NCBI GenBank assembly: GCA_905178155.1 | Contig: CAJINV010000017.1 | Coordinates: 124,001-188,000 of the forward strand | Direction of reading: 5' to 3' | Length of the DNA: 64,000 bases | DNA from: Amoebophrya sp. A120 | Lineage: Eukaryota > Protista > Dinoflagellata | In this document: positions 11,999 to 24,900 of the stretch, in pieces | Position numbering within the stretch: the first letter of the stretch is position 1 | Layout of the letters: the number at the start of each line of letters is the position of its first letter | Position numbers and translations under genes: made by a program | Notes under the pieces: generated by a model | Seen by the model: the letters and a program-made list of their open reading frames with translations, nothing else | Databases searched by the model: none | Told to the model about the DNA's origin: nothing

Positions 11999-14437
11999 CC
12001 ACATTTCAACCACGAGGACCTGAAGTAGCGACCGACAAACTTAACGACAACACACGCACATCGACATCATCTTCATTGCTGTGGTTCAAGTTCTTTCTTT
12101 CACACCGACCAAAAAAGCGCTTCGCTCTTCTTGATGTGCTTCGCTATAGGGCACTGCAGGCGGCTCTGACGCCGATTCGGCGGACGGTAAGGGTTCAAGT
12201 TGTAGTTTTTCAAAACAGAACAGCAGCGAGCGATTCTTTAGACGATCGACGCTAAAGACTACATGGCGACATCAAAGAAATACTTCTTACATTTGACTCG
12301 CAGGCTTTCACCGCTCTGGCGACCGACTGATAGTGCTTTTGATTGAAGAAACCTGGACGAGAAGGTAGTATATTGAAAGAAAAAACTGTGTTAGTGTAGG
12401 TATTTCAGAAAGTGCGACATTTTTTAATAGCGAAAGTTCAAGACTTTTTTAAAAGCAGGCAAGTCCGGTTTTCTTAATGCTGCCTGTGTTGTGGTGCTTG
12501 GAATACAAGTAGCTAGCGGCTGCTTCGGTAATAATTGTCTTTAGCTAGTTAAGGGGGCAGGGCTCATGTTTCTGCTTCGAAACCCGCTGGGCATCGTCGT
12601 AGTACTCCTCCATGTCGGTGCTTGTTGCGTTTTCATTTTGAGAAGAGAAAAGTCCGAAGAGCTGAAGGCGGAAAAGATAATTTTATGAGTGTAAGCGCAA
12701 AGCCAACTCTTCAGGTCGCGTTGAAATGGAGGCACTTTCTCGACCCCCCCCGACCACCCCCCCAGCGCGAGAATGAAAATGCTACACTCGCAATTTTCTC
12801 TTTCCTAATCCCCACCTATCAAAAGAAAAAAGAATCAGTGTAAATGGCCATCTTGGAAAAGAGATCCGAACGAGTGTAGTGCAATTTCTGGAGGTCCTTT
12901 TGACCCCCCCAAGGAGAAGAGTTTCTCTGCTACACTCGTCATTTTCCCTTTTCCGGGATGTTGCCTACACTTTCGCTTTTCTGTTTTCCCTGCCCGAATT
13001 GCAGTCAACGCCGTTCGCGCAAGAGTTCTGGAACTTTCGGCCTCCTTATACTTTCAGCGTTCGGACTTTTGGAGTCCTGCCTCCTTAACTATTCACATAT
13101 ACCGAAGCAGCCGTAGCTAGTTATGACTACATAAACTCACCTTGTAAACGTCAACACATACCAGGTCGCTAATTGCGCCGCAGCTCGAGAATTTTTTAGT
13201 TTTGCATATCAAAAAAAGTAGTGATTTTTCCAACACCTACACTAACACAGTTTTTTCTTTCAATATAAGTAGTCTACGAGAATACAATTCGCTCGTGTTG
13301 TTAACCAGTAAGTTGGTCAACAATGTGATGCGTGCAATATTGAAAAGTAGAAGTGTGAGTTCCAGTAAAAAGTGAATGAACCTCCCCGCCCAACCACGAC
13401 CAGGACAGACTGACATACGCAGACGACTACGACAAGAACAGTCTGCATTGGTAGAATTTCAATTTCTTATTTGTGCTTCCACTTGTACAAGGACGGATAA
13501 AGTCAATGCCAAGAAAAAGTCCAGACTTGCAAGAACACAGCCCGTCCTGCTGTCGTCTCTGGTTTATAAAGTCTGTATCTTGTTCTTGAGCAGAATGTGA
13601 GTGTTGACCTTTCTAATTTTAGTACGCGTTTTGCTTATTCTTTTCGTTTTCTTTGAAGATGATAAATACGGCGAGTTGTGTGGTTCATTTTCTTACAGCG
13701 CATGCTTCGTGCATGTCCATCGTGTATGGGGTGAACTCGACTCGTCGAAGATTGTTGAAAGGACGCTATCATAGAAATGGAGATAGTCCGGATGGATATT
13801 CTTTGATCTTTCAGCTACGAGGAAATATAAGCGCGCCGAAGTGCTCGTGCTGTAGCTCGTGAGGCATCGTGTCAGCGTCGTGCCTTGCACCTACTTCTTC
13901 GCTGGAGCAGGCATGTTGATGCCACTGCAGCTGAGCAGTCATATCAGAATTCCACTTCTTGTCAGCTACGTTTATAATTTGTTCAACAACAGCATCAACA
14001 CCCACCGGGCCTGTAGCAGCCAGCAGAAAGCAGGCAGTGTTTTAGACACTTGCAGGTCACAAGTTCACACATCATTAAGTTGCACCAGCACCCACTCGTC
14101 GAGTTGTGATTGATGTTGAATAAAGCACGCACGATAAAAATGGAGACGAGGCGGGACACGAGGAGTGACATCAGCAAGGTGCTGACGATTTTTCATTGTG
14201 TAGCGTATGTCGTATCTTCAGCGCAGCGCTGCCACCAGTAGAAATGTAAAAAGCTTCAGCTAGCCCTAGGACCCATAGCAACAATATTAAAGTCAACCTC
14301 AATTATCGCCATTGAAAGTCAGCTTCTTGACTTTTGAGGTTTTGTTTTCGTTTTCCAGGACCAGCACACACGACGACGACACCCATTCTTTCACCCGTTC
14401 AAGTACTGTAAATTTTTCCACCAGCAGCTCACCCAGA

Positions 14438-15360
14438 ATGGACATCCCGCTTCCCTCTGCCGCCGACCAGCACCCGACGCAGAATCCTAACAGCATGACA
14501 CCCGATTACATGTCTGCCTCGACTCGGAGCAACACCGGGCGGCCAGCGGATGAAATCGCCAGTGAGCACGGCGACGATCAAAACAACATGTCTAGTTCCT
14601 TCCGCGAGAACGCCATGACCGCATCGCAGTATCTGCGAAACGTCGCGAACAACCCCAACGTGCAGGCGGGGGTGGATCAGATTGCGGGGACCGCGAGGGA
14701 AATTAAGCTGTACGTGTCCACCAATCCGAGCAGCGAAAGGGCGATCTGCCTGATTGGCGGGTTTGCGCTCATGTTCACCTGCTTTCTGTACATTATCGAC
14801 GTGTTTCTCATTTTCTCCATGCTGCCGCACTACCTCACCTACTGGTTCCTGTGCGTCTTCGGCGCCGCCATAGCGACACTAAACGGCCACTGGGCACTAC
14901 CGACACAGGAGCTGTTGCTCAAATACTGCTATTTCCTACACGTCAAGGACGGAAGAGCGTTCACATTCTGCTTCCTAGGTAGCTATGAAGTTTTTGGCTC
15001 TATTCACTGATTTGGCTATATCTGGTGCCGCCCTCGCCCTTTTCTATCATGTCTACAGAACGTCAAGTAGATCTAGATGTTGATCAGGCGAATATAGTCC
15101 TTGTCATGCGCATGGACATGCAGCTCCTTCCACCAGACGATCATGATAACAGCAGTAGCAGAAAAGAATAAGTATGAGTTTGACTTGAAACCCACATTGA
15201 TACAGGTGTTCTCCTCATCGCGCTCAATGATTGGTTTGCGAACTACATAACGGGAATCTACCTGATATGCACGGGGATTATGATTGGTATGCTCGCAGTG
15301 CAGGAAAGGAGGTTAGCCGCGGAGGCCCCTGCAGAAAATCAAGTTTACGATCAGATGTGA
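14438..15360 (+). CDS. COPI-associated / TVP15-like Golgi membrane protein; exons 14438-14978 and 15206-15360
   Basis: Hydrophobic helices and the motif YFLHVKDGRAFTFCFLG. GT-AG intron 14979-15205 joins to GVLLIALNDWFANYITGIYLICTG...DQM*. Confidence 0.7.
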
Positions 15361-16482
15361 AAATGATAAATGAACGGACATCAAGAAGGACATGGATGAG
15401 AACCTGTGCTTGTACTGTGTTTTTTCACCAAGCACAGGCTGATAGAGCTTGCAGTCACACAGAGCGCCACGTTTCAGTATATCAATATGCAAAGGCTCTG
15501 GCTCACAACTTCAACTGTAGCACGCCAGAGCAGGAGCAACATTAGGGTCGAAAATGACCACGACCACCGGGAGATCATCCACCTATTGTTCTCCGACGCG
15601 CTACTGCTAGTTGATGTGCTAGAATGCGTCACCCACTGCACCACGACTGCCGTCTAAGTACTACTTTCCGGCTGCTAAAACCGTTTGCAATTCGTGCACG
15701 CACGTCTTCAACTCGTAAGTACCCATTTTCGAAGTCAAACCATCGGCTTCTTCGTGTTTCCGTGTCGTCGGTCTGCTCTGATCACACGACTGCTGCTCAA
15801 TTGTGTACGTAGTAATTCGGTTCCTATCAGAAGTCTGCTGGTAGCCTCAATATTCGGTACGACAGACGTTGCCGTGAAATTGAACTTGTAAAGTTTCGGT
15901 AAAGTAGGAGAAACAGGAGCCTGAACGCTACTGCTTAATTTTTTTCTCGGTCCTTGACGATTAGATGTGAAGATGCAGCTCCAGCTAGGAAAGAGAACGG
16001 CTTTGTTGTTTTTCGGTCGTTCGTTTTGACTTCTTCATTCACAAAGAAGACAAGTTGTCGGATTCTAGAGCTACCTGTGGAAAATGCTAGCCCAGCAGTT
16101 GCAGGCGCTGGGACTAAAATAGTTTTAGTTGCATGTTGCAAGAACATCTTGTTCAAAGTACGTGCTGAATTGTTTTTCCCTCGTTGCTGCTCGGTAGAGA
16201 ACAAGATTCCCAATAAATTTATTCTCACAGGATTTTCTACTGTGATTCACCTTCATCACACTACGACCCTGGCTGTATTCTTTTCCTACTCATCTCGGGT
16301 AGGAAAAAGAAAAAAGTACCGCACCATCGCAATCAGCAACAGCACCACATCAGCGAATTGGGCTGTTCATTGATTTTGTTTCCATAAATCGTCCTCCAGA
16401 AGCAAGAAGTCGAAGTTGCAGAGTTCTTGTAGTCACGTCTTGCTTTACCTACTAATACTATACCAACAGCAGTATCAACATC

Positions 16483-18224
16483 ATGCTCTCCTACATCTGC
16501 CGTTCCACCGCTGCCGTCGCGCTGATCGCCACGGCGACCCCGGGCGCAGTTCGCGGAGCTGACCCAGCGACGCGTCAGGAGCCGCCCGGCTTCCTGGCAA
16601 AACGTGTCCGTCAGGCGGAGCCGCTTTCTATCGAAATCGATGAGCAGGGCGGGAATGCGAATGCGAACGAACAACGCGACATGCCTTCTGCGCCGACAAC
16701 CGGTTTTCTCGCCGACGACGCGTCTTTTGCGGAACATCAAACCGTGATGGCCGGAAGCGAGCCGCCTTCGCCGGTGCCGGATTTGGTTGCCGAAGGGCAG
16801 GCTGTGATCGTGACCGACCGCGGCACCACTGCTGACGACGAGGAGCACTCTTTTGCTTATCTTCCGGAGCATCCGACTTCCGACGGCACGAGTGGCTCCG
16901 CAGTGTCCTCGTCGTACCTGTTTCTCGACCATCAGCAGGAGCAGGCGAAGCAGCACGCGATTCCCCCCTCCGCTCGCGAGGCTCGCAACTATCGTGGGTG
17001 GGCTTGGTGGGAGTACCTCCCGCAGATCGATGCTGGGCCAGATGGCCAGCCGCTGTACGGCCGCGAGGCGTTTTTCGATTACGATTCCTATCCCGAAGGC
17101 GTGTTTGTTCCGGCAATTGAGCAGTCTAAACCCGAATTCGGGTTCAAGTACGCGTACAAGTGCTACGGCGGAATTCCCGTGTTCGGTGGCAACGACGACG
17201 GTCGGTGGTTGGAAAACTGTGCAGTGTGTAACGCTGGTTACATTCTTGGGAATCGAGAACTCGAGCCCGCGAAGGGCTTTGATGCACAAGCCCGGTGCTT
17301 TCCTTTGCATCAGGAGCAGTGGGTTTCGTACTTTCCCAAGCCGGAACTTTTGCAAGGTCAGGGCTACACTCGGGGGAACAAAAAACTTCAGTGCCCGTTG
17401 GGGCTAACGCCCGGCAGGCTCGTTGGCGATCGTCCGACCGTCTACGAAAATGGTTTACGGGCGCAACCTCCTCAGAAGCAGGCGCCCGCCGCCCTGCTTA
17501 TTCCTATCCCGCCTCATGATGGGACCGTTCCGTCTATCCACGCTAAATTTATTCCCGTACACGAACACATGCAGTCTCTGCATGACAAAACTTGCCTCTC
17601 ATCCTGGTCAACATGAAAAGCGTTTAATTTGCCGAAATTGGTAATGCATTTCGTGTTACATGTACCTACGGGAAATTTCTAGTGCATAGCGTCGATCCTC
17701 AAGGATGTCGTTTGCTACGACAAAAACGTTCCGGAGTACAAGGAACTGTTCAAGCTTGCGGGGGAAGACCGGTCTCCGTCTCCGGGGAACGGGTATCCTG
17801 AGTAAAAACGTACCCACACCAGAGTCAGGATGGGGATTTTGCAACACAAACCTAGGAGTTTTGTGAGTCACGCATGACAAGTTGCACTCTGCAGCGTAGT
17901 GCAGGTTAGCAAGTGCAGCCGCATCACAGATTCATCGGCTCATCCTGTTCACAGCATCACAAATTCCAAAACACGACTGGAAATGGCTCTCATGGTGATG
18001 CGCATTACAAGTCTTCCTGTCTTTGCAAATCTGCGTTACAACTCTGGCGTGGGTACGTTTTTACTCAGGATAACGGGAACCAGATGAACATCCCTCCGGG
18101 GAACGGGAACCAGAACATCAACTTCGACACTCCTGCTCCGGCACAACACGCACCCAAAAAACAACCCCAAAAACAAGGCTCTGGCCCTGATGTGAAAGTC
18201 AAGGCCAAATCAGCGTGCTGCTAG
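16483..18224 (+). CDS. Hypothetical protein with a signal-peptide-like N-terminus and C-terminal KAKSACC; exons 16483-17534, 17694-17793, 18078-18224
   Basis: The frame is continuous after removing two TIR elements plus TSD (VPS|ILKDVVCYDK...PGNG|NQMNIPPGNGNQ). Confidence 0.75.
17535..17688. mobile_element. 154-nt TIR introner, imperfect TSD CCGTC/GCGTC
   Basis: TATCCACGCTAAATTTATTCCCGTA...TACGGGAAATTTCTAGTGCATA; contains GCATGACAAA; frame restored on removal. Confidence 0.8.
17794..18072. mobile_element. 279-nt TIR introner, family D, TSD ACGGG
   Basis: 32-nt TIR TATCCTGAGTAAAAACGTACCCACACCAGAGT with 1 mismatch; ACGGG at 17789-17793 and 18073-18077. Confidence 0.95.
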
Positions 18225-19634
18225 TAGCGCGAGCAACAGCTGCGGCGCAACAAGACGGAACTCATTTCCAGCTTGTATGTCGGAGTATCTTGTTTTCCCG
18301 GGGAGGATCCGAGTTGAACGGTAAAAAATGATGACGACGTGATGTGTCCTCAAATTTGATGCATTGTCGAGGCGGAGAAGTATAAGTGAGCAGTTTTGGC
18401 CTGTTTAACCATACAGGTATTACTTCTGTCGTCATAATCTTTGATGAAATGACATCGATGCTCGTTTAAGTTTTGTCTCTAACTATTCATCGTTGAAATG
18501 CTGAAAAAAATCGTTTTTGTATTTCTCAACTGAAAGTACGCTACGCCTACGTGAATATAATCTCTAAGCCTAACCTAAACCTTGTTCATCTGCCGTGGAT
18601 TACAAAGCATCAACTCCTCGTCACCGTCCAGCGATGAAGATGGCCGATGTGATGCTGCAAAATTTCGTTTAATTTCAACTTTCATTAGGTTCTGGTCTAG
18701 GTAGGTTTGTTTTAAGTATATAACTCACTGATGTATTATTGCAAGAAATAATCAATATGTTAAGCAGGAGTGACTCAACACAAAATTTCAAATGGCTCAC
18801 CAATTCTCATCTTCCAAGGCTCATTGTGACGAATTCCAAGTAAGTGAAGGGATGTCCATCGCTCCGACCTATGCGATGACGACGTTGTGGATCAAGAACA
18901 TGCGAAACCTTTATTTTCGTGAGTCAGAAGTCCCAGTCATTGAGTGTTTTTTTTACCCGTGCATTGAATCGCAGACATGTTTTTTCCATTGTTCACGACG
19001 TTATACAGCTTTTGAGCGGTCGGGTGTCGGAGTCGAACCGCACGAGCTGACGAAGCTTAGCTTCAGGGCATGGTCCTGAGAGAGGACGGTGAGGGATCGA
19101 CGAGCAAATTGCTTGTGCTTGCATCACTATTTCTATTTTTGTAGTTTTATGTCGTTGAGGACGAGGTATAAACGATCTTGATGAAGCAGATAGCAACGAC
19201 ACCGTGGATTTTAGTATCCGCTTCTACTCGACTGCCCCGATCATACAACCGACCCAGGTCCTCATACATAGACATACTGTTCTGAAAAATATTAACCGGT
19301 TTTTCTGCTATCAAACCGCGCCCTAATGGTTCTCGACAGAGACTCTGAGTATCGTGGTGGTCGCTCCTTTTCACATCAGCATGGCATCGACACCCCCCCC
19401 CTCCCTGATGGCTTGTTGTCGTACACATAGATTGATAAAGACATAGTGTTCGCATTTTTAGTGATGGCCGCAATATTGGTCCACCCCCTTCTACTCGTTC
19501 TCGTCCTGCTAGTCGGTGCAGCTGATAATGTACTCAGTTGTCAGTTGCTAAAGATAAACGATATCATCAGATGAATTGAAAATCAATCGCGGCCAGCGCG
19601 CACCACATGCGGCAGTAAGTAGTCGTCAACAACT

Positions 19635-21353
19635 ATGGTCCGTGTCCTCCGTCTTTCCTCGCTCGAGGAGCAGCAAGAAGACGTGATCCTGTTTTCGACG
19701 CCTCAGCAACAGGTAGCCTCTGCCGCTTCGCGTCAGGCGGCAAAGGACAATGCACCGACCATACGGAATCTGGCGAGAAAGTTACTGCAGAAATGGAAGG
19801 AGGATAGCACGGGAGCCGCAGTGACCGCTTCAGCCGATGAACAGGTGCAACGCGATAAAAACAACATCAATATTATGGAAGCGTCAGGTTTGAAATCGTC
19901 AAAGTTGAAATAATTTGCAATGCATAAAATGCATGACCCGAGGCACGTGCGTTGCAGAGCAGGCAAGTGAGGCCGATTGTGAGCCTGTTTGGGGTTTTTA
20001 CAGCTCGAGCTTCTTAATTAGCATGAGAAAATCGCTCTTCTTTGCCTAAACAGCATGACAAAGTGGATTTAAGGACCGCCAAAATTTGTCTTGCGCCACT
20101 TGGAAACTGGGTCCCAACTGGCATCCATTTTATGCATGACAAATTATTTCAACTTTGTCGATTTCAACTCTGACACATCCATAAATATCAAATTCAACGG
20201 AAACATCGACCCGGAGCGATTGCTGTTTTGTGTCGACGGGAAGCAGTATGACGCTTTTTCGGAACACAACTTGGTGACCGACGGAAGTCATACCTTGAAA
20301 GAGTTGGACAGTGTGAACAGCAAAGTCGTCGTGGTAGTGTTGATCCGGTATAAGTTAGATTTGCAGGTCCTGCGGTTCGAAAAAACGAAGTTCCCCGTCT
20401 GGCTCACCACAGGAAAGACGATAACCGGGGAAGAGATTTTGCAGAAGCACTACCTACCCAGGCTGAAGGTGTTATCCAGGCTGTTGCACAGTATCACCTA
20501 CCCGCATTTAGTGGTCGGGACGAAAGATGTCTGGGCTGGGGTCTGTCGTGCGCCGGAAGCACTTGCGGGAGCAGGTCCGGAAGAGGTGGACGTCGACGGC
20601 GACGCATTAGAGGATAAGGATGAAGCTCACGGGCCAAGAGAAGGACCACAAGAAGAGAACCCAGACTTTCGAACAGATCAGCAGTTGCGTTATCGGGGCC
20701 GCACTACAAAAACGAGTGATCACCTTGATGTTGGGAAAACGACCGCCGGTATAGGCAGAAATGTGAAGAGCCCCACCTCCGTGGTGTCCACTGCTTCATC
20801 GCCTTTGCCACAAATGCAATCCTCGTCGTCATCTTCCAGAGGAGCTACGAGTTCTGGTTCGGGCACTGCTGCGGTTCTTCAAAACCAAGCGAGGACCGCC
20901 TCCACCCAGCAAAGGGCGCTCATTGGGAAGAAAGACTTTTACAGACCAATTCACCACGACGTGCTGACGATCATTCCGAGATACCAACTCCTCTGGCAAG
21001 CCTTCTACTACACGATTCACATCGTTTGGTTCTTCCACAACCTCGTCACCTCCGCCTGGATCACGACTTTCCGCACGAGCCGGGGGAGGGGAATCGGGTA
21101 CTACGAGGACCACTTGCTAGACGTGAATCCCGATGGAACAGTGTCCGCGCGAGGGTCGAATTCTTCTGCGGATCGTGATGCTGGTAGTGGTGGTGGGGGG
21201 TCTTCTACCCAGCAACAAAATGCCCGAAGGGCGAGAAATTACTACCACATTGACGTAGGTCAAGACTTTCAGCACCACAGACATGCCCCGGGACAAAACC
21301 CAAGAGGAGAGGATTTGACGCTCATAGTGAGACAAGCGCTCTTCGGCTTGTAG
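19635..21353 (+). CDS. Hypothetical protein; exons 19635-19873 and 20189-21353
   Basis: ORFs 19635 and 20091 join in frame (NINI|KFNGNID) after removing the element plus TSD. Confidence 0.75.
19874..20183. mobile_element. 310-nt TIR introner, family C, TSD AATAT
   Basis: Roughly 55-nt imperfect TIR TATGGAAGCGTCAGGTTTGAAATCGTCAAAGTTGAAA...; AATAT at 19869-19873 and 20184-20188. Reverse-complement homologue of 34216-34522. Confidence 0.95.
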
Positions 21354-21900
21354 GTTTTTGGATCATGATCGTGGATATTTCATCCCGCTAAAGCGCAAAC
21401 GCAAAAGCGAAACACGAGGACAAAGCAACCTGTCCTCAGTATCCTGCAGCTCCCTGGCGGAGCTGCATTTCTTCGTGGTCGAAAATACGTTGTTCTTCAT
21501 CCACTTCTCTTCAGATTCTTATTGTCAGTGCAGCATGGCAAATGAGTGTTTGTTTTTGTTTCCGAGTGAGAAAGAGAGCGCGCAACATGTCGAGAATGTT
21601 GTTCGACGAGAGTGTGATTTCATTCTGAGTCGCTATGATTGCGCAAATGCAAGTGCTTATGCCAATATAAGGCCGTGTACATTACAGACACGTCCACATG
21701 CACATGCTGCGGGGTAGTTGTACCAGGTCAGAGGACTGACTGGCGGCTCGTTTCTGTCGTCCGCACGACTCGTCTGCGTTGTCAGTGGAGGTCTCGCGGA
21801 GGTACATGGACCACTTTGTTGCCCAAGAACAATCTCGACCAGTTTTTTAACCGCGTCAGCAAGCTGCCAACCACACAAGAACTCCAACAAGCCGCCCACC

Positions 21901-24900
21901 ATGAACGACTCCCGCAAGGAATATGTTATCCAGTGCGTGATTTCGGTGCTGAACATCCCCCGGAGCGAATTCCGCTCCAACTCCGCCTCCAACACGGCAC
22001 TGGAGGCGTTCCTGGATGACAGCAGTCAGCGCGTCCTGCAGGCGTTGGAGCTCGCGCCGGGTGGCGCGGGCGAGCAAGACCAAAAAGCGTCGTCCAAGCG
22101 CACGGTCACGCTGTCCTTGGGGTTCAACCCGGCTTACTACACGACGAAACAGCCGAACGGGGAGGCGCTCAACGAGATGCACTTCGTTAAAATCGCGGCG
22201 CAGGAGGAGCTCACGGCGAGCAACATCCAGGCAAAAGTCATGATCTCGACGCTGCGGAACGGCCTGCTCCGGAGCCTGTCCGGTTTGCTGAAAGAGGTCT
22301 ACGTGCCGTGTTTGAACAACTTGAACGCGGGAAGCGCCGCGGGGGAAGGAGGGGGAGCGAATGCAAACGTGGAGTCTCTAGACGGAAAATTATCCGACTA
22401 CCTGTTAGAGCTGGACGCCGGCCTGAAGACGCAACTCCGCCGGGGCCTGGGGAACATGAACAAGCAAGCGGGTGGTCAGCAACAGGCGGCTTCGGAAACG
22501 GATTTCTCGGGGATCTTGGCGCCCATCGACGAGCTGCGCTATTGGCAGGACCTCTCGTTCGACAACACCCTGACGGAAAAGCACAAGCAACGCGCAAAAC
22601 AGTTCGCGGAAATCTTGCAACCGTTGGCCTCGGATTTCGAGGACTTGAGCAAGAAAACTTTTCCGCAGCTGCTGGACTTGCAAGATTCTTTTCTTACGTG
22701 CTGCGACGAGCTTTGGAAGTCCATGGAGGAGAAATCAACCGTGTACAGACAGGACCGGATGCAACATTTGTTGCAGACTTTCGGAAAGGCAATGGGGCAG
22801 GTGGTGCAGAAAAAGTTGACCTCGCTGCAAGTGTGGCAAAGCGAGAAGCAGTTCAACCTGATCAGCAAGTACATTCGCGAGGGGCATAAGGTGTGCGAAA
22901 AATGGAACGAAAATCTACTAGATTGGACCGGCACGGACTGGAAAGCGCCGGGGTTGCTGCATCAGTGGAACGGGGAGCCGATGAGAGACACGTAGAGATG
23001 TTGGCAGTTGTCGAGGTTTTCACTGCAAGTGCAAGCTCATTACTAGTACCTTTTTTCGCACGACCAGCAGAGAAGATAGAAGCCTACTTTCGCGTCAGTG
23101 TGTACGGAGCTTCATTTGTTCATCAACCAATCTACCAGGTTTATGCAGAATCTCGCCGCCCGCGTGCACCAAGTCGCGGAGATTCGCACCCAGCACGATC
23201 AGATTTTGAAGCTCTGTCCCCCGGACCAGCAGGGCGGCCAGGTTTTTAGCGGAAACAACGTTTTCGACTCGTTTCAGAAGGTCTCCACGTTCATGTGCAA
23301 CGACTACACGCTCCCGCTTTGGAACGCGGCGGTGGAAGATTACGAGAAGAAAATGGCACCGCTGGAAGGAATCGTGGCGGAGAGGTTACGGAAAGAACTC
23401 TTCCCGGCGACAGGCTCCAGCTCTTTATCGTCCGGTTCAGCCGGTGGACAACTAAACTCGATGGACATAGAAGGAGCAGACAGCAATGCGCTGCACAACA
23501 CGACGAAGCAGTCGACCAACACCAACCCAACCCAGTCTGTCCGCGTGTTTCAGCGCTACGGGTCGATTCTGGAGCGGACCAACGTGCGGAACGCGCTGAC
23601 GAACGAGAGGGAGAAGGTTTTGGCGGAAATTTCAGATTTTTTGGAACGAATAAAGTCCGAATTCGACCTGGAGGACATGGCGCAGGACGTTCCCCTCGGC
23701 CGCAACTTTTCGCTGTACTTGCGGAAGGTGCTTTGGCTGGAGCAACTGCGGACGAAATCGGAGACCGTGTTGCGCCCGATGCTCTCCGGGTTCCTGAAGG
23801 ACTTGCCGCAAACAAGCCGCGTCGCCCAGAACTGCAAGAAATTACGGCAGGAATTGAAGGACGCGAAGCAGCGTTGTTTCAAGGACTGGGAGGAGGAAAT
23901 GGACCACGCTTTGAGCCAGCAGAACAACTATTCCCTTCAGCTCCAGGGCAAAGTGATGGAATTTGACACGAGTAAGCAAGGTGCCTTGAAGATCACCTAC
24001 CCGGAGCAGCTGGTGCATTTGATCAAGGAAGTGCGGTTGTTCGAGCAGATGGGCTTCAACGTGTCGAAGTCGGTGAAGAAGCAGGTCGATTTAGGGCTGA
24101 AATTCTACCGGTTCGCGGTGCAACTGAAACAAATCTGCAACTTCCACAACCACCTGGGCGCGGAGATTCTTGCCTGTCAAAAACTACTCGTGCTAAACGC
24201 GGCGGTGCGATTTGAAAAGCTGTTCTCCGACTCCTCCACTTCCTCCTCGGGGATTTCGAAGATGCAGTGGGACAGCGTGGACAAGCTCGAGGACTTCACG
24301 ATCCGCGTGAAGGACGGTGCCGGGAAATTGAGGTCGTTGAACCGGAAGCTGCGGCTTGCGCACAACAGCATCTGCGAACTGGTTTTGTCCCTGGCGAATG
24401 TGTCTTTATTGAAGCAACGGGAGCAGTGGAAGTTGAAGTTGCAGGAAATCTCGAAAGTGATCACCAACACGTCCGCGATTTGCGACATTTCCGACCCGAA
24501 CGAACTCGAACTGGCGACGAAGCCGTGGTATCAAATGTAAAAATGTCTGGGTCTGGAAGAATGCAACTTGTCATGCTGTTTTTGGACTCTAAAAAACTTT
24601 TGTATTGCATGACCAGCAAGAGCAGGGGTGCAATTTGTGCTACACGGACAGGGCATTTCTCATGCGGAAGGTGCATCAGGAAGCCCTCTAAAAGTCTGCG
24701 ATGCTAGGTCATGCATTACAGTCATCATGGGTCATGACAAATATGCATGACAAATCTTCATTCTCCCAGACCCAGACACTTTTGCACTTGATACGTGGCG
24801 GGCGTTCTGGGACTACCAGCTGTTCAAGATTCTCGAGTGCCAGTACCGACTCGGGTTGGAGTCCTTGAACGAATCGCTGCCCGAAATGAAGGCGGACTTG

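Noticed and set aside
13111-13120. CCGTAGC resembling the start of the dinoflagellate spliced leader
   Set aside because: Only 7 nt match; the CATTTTGGCTCAAG portion is absent.
13298-13323. Small hairpin TTGTTAACCA/TGGTCAACAA, and another at about 60241-60262
   Set aside because: Short stems expected by chance, with no TAT/ATA ends and no TSD.
24529-24793. Short ORFs running through the elements, as possible transposase genes
   Set aside because: The elements are 310 nt or less and show no DDE-type motifs, so they are non-autonomous.
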